Source: an uncultured Spirochaetota bacterium (GTDB lineage Bacteria; Spirochaetota; Brevinematia; Brevinematales; JAOACQ01). From it: 64,000 bases of DNA. Below, piece after piece: positions 59,025 through 64,000 of the stretch (its first letter is position 1; each line of letters begins with the position of its first letter). The translations under genes and the position numbers were made by a program. The stretch covers positions 1,312,001 through 1,376,000 of the forward strand of contig CAVYGN010000001.1 in the NCBI GenBank assembly GCA_963768055.1. The letters run 5' to 3'. The notes beneath the pieces are model-generated. The model ran no database searches. It was not told the origin of the DNA and saw only the letters and a list, made by a program, of their open reading frames with translations.

Positions 59025-59957
59025 ATGATGAAGTTAAACACATGGCTCAATAACGAATTGCCTGCTGTAGCCAATAAGCTCGAGAAATTGAGCATTCAAA
59101 ATGTAACGAACGAAAACACCATCGGGTTCGCGGGCAAGGAATCGGTATATAGAATTATCAGGGAACTTAGAGGGGCGCTGTTTCCCGGGGCGTACGACGA
59201 ACAGCTTTTCGATAAGACCAGGCTGAATATACTGGTCGGGAACCTCCTTAGAGAGGCTGCGATCGATCTTTCGTATATTATAGAAAAGACTTTCGTTTAC
59301 TACTGCGAGAAGGGGCTCTGTGACGATTGCGACTGCAAGGAAAAGGCCGGAGAGATTACCATAGAGCTTCTTGATAATCTTCCGGCCATAAGGAACGACC
59401 TCCAGAAAGACATAATCGCGGCCTATAACGGAGACCCTGCCGCAAAGCTGGAAGAGGAGATTATTTTAAGCTACCCTTCCATAGAAGCCTTAAGTATATA
59501 TCGCATCGCGCATTTTCTGTGCGTAAAAGACGTGCCGGTCATTCCCAGAATAATGTCGGAGTACGCACACCAGAAAACAGGGATCGATATTCATCCGGGT
59601 GCAAAGATCGGTTCCTCCTTTTTTGTAGATCATGGAACAGGCACCGTGATCGGCGAAACCTGCACAATCGGGAATAATGTCAAGCTTTACCAGGGTGTAA
59701 CCCTCGGCGCAAAAAGTTTTCCCCTTGATGAAAACGGGCATCCTGTAAAGAACCTCAAGAGGCATCCGGATATTGAAGACAACGTGGTAATCTACTCCGG
59801 GGCGACAATACTCGGCGGAGATACGAGGATCGGGCATGACTCTGTCATCGGCGGCAATGTCTGGCTGACACACTCGGTCCCGCCCTATACTACCGTTTAT
59901 AACGCCCAGCCGACCCCGCTTATCAAGCAGAAGAAACACTTTAAAGTGTCGGCTTAA
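59025..59957 (+). CDS. cysE: Serine O-acetyltransferase
   Basis: GDPAA, YRIAH, TGIDIHPGAKIG, DHGTGTVIGET, LYQGVTLG, KRHP. Confidence 0.93.
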   Translation: MMKLNTWLNNELPAVANKLEKLSIQNVTNENTIGFAGKESVYRIIRELRGALFPGAYDEQLFDKTRLNILVGNLLREAAIDLSYIIEKTFVYYCEKGLCDDCDCKEKAGEITIELLDNLPAIRNDLQKDIIAAYNGDPAAKLEEEIILSYPSIEALSIYRIAHFLCVKDVPVIPRIMSEYAHQKTGIDIHPGAKIGSSFFVDHGTGTVIGETCTIGNNVKLYQGVTLGAKSFPLDENGHPVKNLKRHPDIEDNVVIYSGATILGGDTRIGHDSVIGGNVWLTHSVPPYTTVYNAQPTPLIKQKKHFKVSA

Positions 59958-59984
59958 TATCGCTTCAAAGGAAACAACCGGTCA

Positions 59985-60038
59985 AAATCACAGATTCCAC
60001 AGAAAACACTGATTAGTTTTTTTAAAATCAGTGAAATC
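59985..60038 (+). repeat. Third left end of the 9-mer cassette family
   Basis: AAATCACAGATTCCACAGAAAACACTGATT-N12-ATCAGTGAAATC aligns with left ends at 12997 and 27924; marks the start of an AT-rich region. Confidence 0.7.
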
Positions 60039-60093
60039 TTGTTATAATTTTATTTTATTATTTATACCTATGCAGTTGATTCATGTAAATTTA

Positions 60094-60411
60094 TTAATTT
60101 AATACTTGTTCTATTAAATGTTCCTTTAGTATTTTAAAAAATTCATTATATTTAACTTGCCAATCTTCATCTGAAATTATTTTTCTATTTCCAAAATCAT
60201 CATATTCCTCATGCTCTGTAATCCAATAATCAACTATTTTCTCAATTTCAGGATTATTTAATTTCCCTTCTTTTTTTAAATTTTTTATTTGATCCATATT
60301 TAGAAATATTCCTAAATCATTGATTACACCCCATACTTCGTATTTCATTTCTTTGGAGTTAGTTTCAATTTTAATTACAACAATTAAAGTTATAATTGCA
60401 TGTTATTTCAT
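60094..60411 (-). pseudogene. Hypothetical exported protein with an early nonsense codon
   Basis: In-frame ATG AAA TAA CAT GCA ATT ATA ACT TTA ATT GTT GTA upstream of the 84-aa ORF 60094-60348. Confidence 0.45.
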
Positions 60412-60538
60412 TGTTTTGAATAACTCATTAAATGATAACAAATTATAAACTTAAGGTTCTGAATAGTAACATATCAGTAACATATTTATTAAAATAATGG
60501 GAAAAATGTAAGAATTTTAGTTTTCTGATTCGATAATA

Positions 60539-60796
60539 TTATTGTTTTTCTTCAAGCCGTTTTTCAAAGTCGTCAAAAAAAGTATGCAGTGAAATATTCA
60601 AAGCCTGGCAGATGTTTTTTAATTCAATGAAATCAATTCTTCTAATAAAAGTTTCATATTTACTTACATAAGGCTGATCTGCTTTTAAAAGTCTTGCAAA
60701 ATCACCTTGTGTAATTCCTTTTGATTCTCTATAATCTTTAAGCAGATTAATAAAGATTCTATACTCATTATTGTAAATTGATTTTTGGTACTTCAT
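60539..60796 (-). CDS. XRE-family HTH regulator
   Basis: KSIYNNEY...RESKGITQGDFARLLKADQPYVSKYE...RRIDFIEL. Confidence 0.9.
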   Translation of the reverse strand: MKYQKSIYNNEYRIFINLLKDYRESKGITQGDFARLLKADQPYVSKYETFIRRIDFIELKNICQALNISLHTFFDDFEKRLEEKQ

Positions 60797-60908
60797 AAAA
60801 ATCCTGTAATTAATAAATGAATCGATAATTATATAAAAACTTTACTAAAATACGATATTCGTATAATATTATTTAAATTTATATTTTTATTGATTAGGGG
60901 GGCACTTT

Positions 60909-61501
60909 ATGAAAAAAGTAATGCTTTCAATCCTTTTTATCGCCTGTGTTCTTTTGGGTATTTTCGGCTTACTACTTTTCATTATTGGTATTACTCAGGG
61001 GGGCAATATTGCATCAATTTTAGTGGTATTTTTGCTTACAATCGGTTTCGTAATAGGGGCCATCTTTTCTTTCCGGGCCAGTGCTTTCTTTAAACCGAAA
61101 ACAGAAATAAAAGCACAAAGTGTTTCTGAAAATCAAGCAGATTCTTTGGAAAAACTTGAGGCTCAAAAAAAAGCTCAGGCAGAAGAAAAAGAAAAACTTG
61201 AAGCTGAAAAGGCGGCAAAAAAACAAGCCAGTAAAGAAAAATGGGCAACTATGAGGTCTACTTTTATAGAAATAATGATTTTGTATATGGCTTAAGACAT
61301 GCAGAAATGATTTGTCCTCATTGTCAAACTAAGGGTCAAGTTTTTACAAAGTCAGTAAAACGGAAAAAGGGTGTTAGCGGTGGAAAAGCTGTGGGGGCAA
61401 TCTTAACAGGTGGGTTATCTATATTAGCAACTGGATTATCTCGTAAGGAAGGATTAACTCAAGCTCATTGCAAGAATTGTCAAGCGACTTGGGATTTTTA
61501 A
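60909..61501 (+). pseudogene. Membrane protein with C-terminal zinc ribbon, apparently split by a 1-bp frameshift
   Basis: Overlapping ORFs 60909-61295 and 61241-61501; one extra A near 61270 gives ...STFIENNDFVYGLRHAEMICPHC...HCKNC. Confidence 0.55.
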
Positions 61502-61529
61502 ATATTAAAAGAAAGCCTTAATTAAGGCG

Positions 61530-62087
61530 GTGATTATGCAAAAATTATTTTTTCCTTTACTGATAATTATATCTTTTATTTTTAATTCATTCCTTAATGC
61601 TGTAGAATTGCCAAATGATCTAAAGGTTTCCCATACTGTAGATTCAACCGGGACAATTGAAATAGCCTTTTCCCCAAAGGGCGGTATTACTCAAATGATA
61701 GTAAAGGAATTAGAATCCGCGACAAATAGCATTGAAGTCCAGGCTTATACATTTACCAGCGCCCCTATTGCTAAAGCACTTATTGACGCTCAAAAACGCG
61801 GTGTTAATGTCCGCGTCATTTTGGATAAATCACAGGAAAGAGAAAAGTTTTCCCCGGTTACTCTGCTAACTAATGCCGGAATAAAGGTTCATATAGACAG
61901 GGATTTTTCAATAGCACATAGCAAGATTATGATTATCGATGATTTGAACTTTATAACAGGATCGTTTAACTTTTCAAAAGCCGCCGAATATTCTAATGCT
62001 GAAAATTGCCTGATTATCCGGGGAAATAAAAAGCTTGTTGATCTTTATAAAATAAATTGGAATTGGCGCTGGAATAATACGCGATAG
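61530..62087 (+). CDS. Phospholipase D family nuclease (Nuc-like), exported
   Basis: Signal peptide, FSPKGG, AYTFTS, single HKD motif HSKIMIID, TGSFNFS, NAEN. Confidence 0.9.
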   Translation: MIMQKLFFPLLIIISFIFNSFLNAVELPNDLKVSHTVDSTGTIEIAFSPKGGITQMIVKELESATNSIEVQAYTFTSAPIAKALIDAQKRGVNVRVILDKSQEREKFSPVTLLTNAGIKVHIDRDFSIAHSKIMIIDDLNFITGSFNFSKAAEYSNAENCLIIRGNKKLVDLYKINWNWRWNNTR

Positions 62088-62139
62088 CGAAATTAATTTA
62101 AGAGAGAAAATAAACCTTATCTTAAAACGGAGGTAAATT

Positions 62140-62643
62140 ATGAAAGCAAGTTTTGTTGTTATGCTTTTTAGAATTTTGTTTGCAATTGGCTTTATGGCTC
62201 TTTCTGTTAGTTGTGGATCATCTGGTAATATTACACAAGCAAAAACAAAATGGGAACGGGAAGGATTGAAAGGAAAAGTTAAAGAATATACTATTGTTTC
62301 TTATAATGTTGAACAAAAGTATGGAGAAGATGTTAAAAAGTTATCTGATAAATGGGTATCTAAATACGATGACAATGGAAATCTCCTTGAACAGTTAACG
62401 TATGATGAAAATGGGACTTTATCAGATAAATCTATATATCAATATAAGTATGACGTAAACAGTAATCAGATTGAACAAGACATGTATAATGCTACCAGGG
62501 TATTAATAGAGAAAGTAAATTATGATACCAAAGGAAATGCCATTAAAGAAATTTTTAATGATGGTAGCGGCTCTACATCTACTTATGATGATAATGGAAA
62601 TAAGATTGCAGAAGTTAGTTATGATACCAATGGAAATGCCCCG
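62140..62643 (+). pseudogene. Lipoprotein with YD-like repeats, truncated by IS3 insertion
   Basis: Lipobox SVSC, LKGKVK, repeated YDxNGN; frame runs into the IS end and stops at 62667. Confidence 0.7.
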
Positions 62644-62685
62644 TGTGTTAGGATAGTTGTCGCCTAAAATATTAGGAGACAAAAA

Positions 62686-63168
62686 ATGAATAGTCAAATT
62701 CGTTCAGAGGAATTCAGGAAATCTATCGTTCAAAAGATGTGTATGCCAGGAGGAAAAACAGTATCTGAACTGAGCCAGGAAATAGGAGTATGTGAACAAA
62801 CCCTTTACAACTGGAGGAAAATGATCCAGAATAATGTATCCAGAGGATTCCAGGATAGAAGCCCGAGAGGCTGGAAATTATCTGATAAATATCAGGCGGT
62901 AGTAGACGCAGCAAGCCAATCGGGAGAAGAGTTAGGACAGTGGTCGAGAAAAAATGGTCTCCAGTCGACTCATATCGAACTCTGGAAACAGGAGTGTTTA
63001 TCAGTGATATCTAATAACTCATACAGAGAAGAAAACAAGGGTTTGAAAGCAAAAATCATAGAGTTAGAAAAAGAAATTAACCGTAAGGATAAAACTATAG
63101 CCGAGGTTACTTCTCTGCTGGTGCTTAAAAAAAAACTGAACAAGCTGTTCGGGATCGAGGAAGATTAA
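62686..63168 (+). CDS. IS3 transposase OrfA
   Basis: HTH VSELSQEIGVCEQTLYNWR; coiled coil ending LLVLKKKL over the A9 run at 63127-63135. Confidence 0.9.
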   Translation: MNSQIRSEEFRKSIVQKMCMPGGKTVSELSQEIGVCEQTLYNWRKMIQNNVSRGFQDRSPRGWKLSDKYQAVVDAASQSGEELGQWSRKNGLQSTHIELWKQECLSVISNNSYREENKGLKAKIIELEKEINRKDKTIAEVTSLLVLKKKLNKLFGIEED

Positions 63169-64000
63169 CTCCATTGGATATACGCATAGATATCTGTGCC
63201 TTGATTAATGAGGCTGTTACGACAGGGGCCAGCAGGGATAAGGCTTGTGAAGAATCTGGCTATGATATAAGGACCATACAGCGCTGGAATAAAAATCTTG
63301 AGGGAGACAGAAGAAAATTGAGAAATGTAATGCCTTCAAATGCCCTGTCGGCCGAAGAAAGGGAGGAGATCATCTCCTGCTGTTGCAGCGAGAGATTTAG
63401 AGATATGACGCCGAATGAAATAGTGCCCATGCTGGCAGAGGAAGGTCGGTATATAGCATCAGAATCATCTTTTTACCGCGTTTTAAAGGACAATGATTTG
63501 CTGCACCATAGATACGAAACGAAGCCGAAAACGGCAAGGAAAACGCCAAGAGAACTGGAAGCGACGGGTCCTAATCAGGTATGGAGTTGGGATATTACAT
63601 ATATATCCAGTCATATAAAAGGTAAGTATTTCTACCTCTATATGATCGAAGATGTCTGGAGCCGTAAGATAGTCGGCTGGAAAATGCACGAGGAGGAAAG
63701 CTCTGATCATGCCGCAAGAATGGTGGCAGAGATCGGAGAAACCATTGATTTGAAAGGCTTGTATTTACATTCTGATAATGGTTCTCCTATGAAAGGGGCT
63801 ACGATGTTAGCGACCTTGCAGAGGTTACAGGTTATGCCGTCGTTTTCAAGGCCGAGTGTAAGTAACGATAACCCTTACTCAGAATCATTGTTTAAAACAT
63901 TGAAATATAATGTGAAATACCCAGGCAATTTCGAGACAATGGAATCGGTAGAAATATGGATGCAAAATTTTGTAGACTGGTATAATAATAAACATCTTCA
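63127..64000 (+). CDS. IS3 transposase OrfB (DDE), reached by -1 frameshift, partial
   Basis: Manual translation: RGRLTP...GPNQVWSWDITY...DVWSRKIVGW...LHSDNGSPMKG...SRPSVSNDNPYSESLFKTLKY...WYNNKH. Confidence 0.9.

Larger units (their letters stand above)
62644..64000 (+). mobile_element. IS3-family insertion sequence (right end outside window)
   Basis: TG-starting left end TGTGTTAGGATAGTTGTCGC (exact boundary approximate), orfA/orfB organisation. Confidence 0.9.

Overview
Bacterial chromosomal window of moderate GC, probably a free-living spirochaete (inferred from gene content only). Core blocks are trpS-scpA-scpB-pheA-GH57-c-di-GMP phosphodiesterase-TPR-miaB-bactofilin and cimA-murI-SurA-like-ribH-nusB-PAP2-Maf-like-MBL hydrolase, followed by many signalling genes. 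Main points: (1) a five-gene operon (29868-35629) joining a PhcB-like SAM methyltransferase to a SiaABCD-like phosphatase/kinase/STAS module and a GGDEF-EAL enzyme, a candidate quorum-sensing-to-c-di-GMP system; (2) two complete and one half AT-rich cassettes bounded by conserved, asymmetric ends built from 9-bp CACAGATT-type units, with AACCACAGATT terminal inverted repeats and no transposase (12998-14088, 27925-28675, 59985-); (3) a 13-kb sugar-utilisation island bounded by a perfect 28-bp duplication of the tRNA-Arg(CCT) 3' end (44703-57817), with an integrase relic, a LacI-PAS-LuxR regulator and a three-copy operator-like motif; (4) a MITE family in three copies, a REP-like palindrome, an IS3 element, a Schlafen/AlbA_2 gene at the left edge, and several gene relics (copA-copZ, AraC, GH12). 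No CRISPR array or rRNA was seen. Family assignments come from motif recognition, not database searches.
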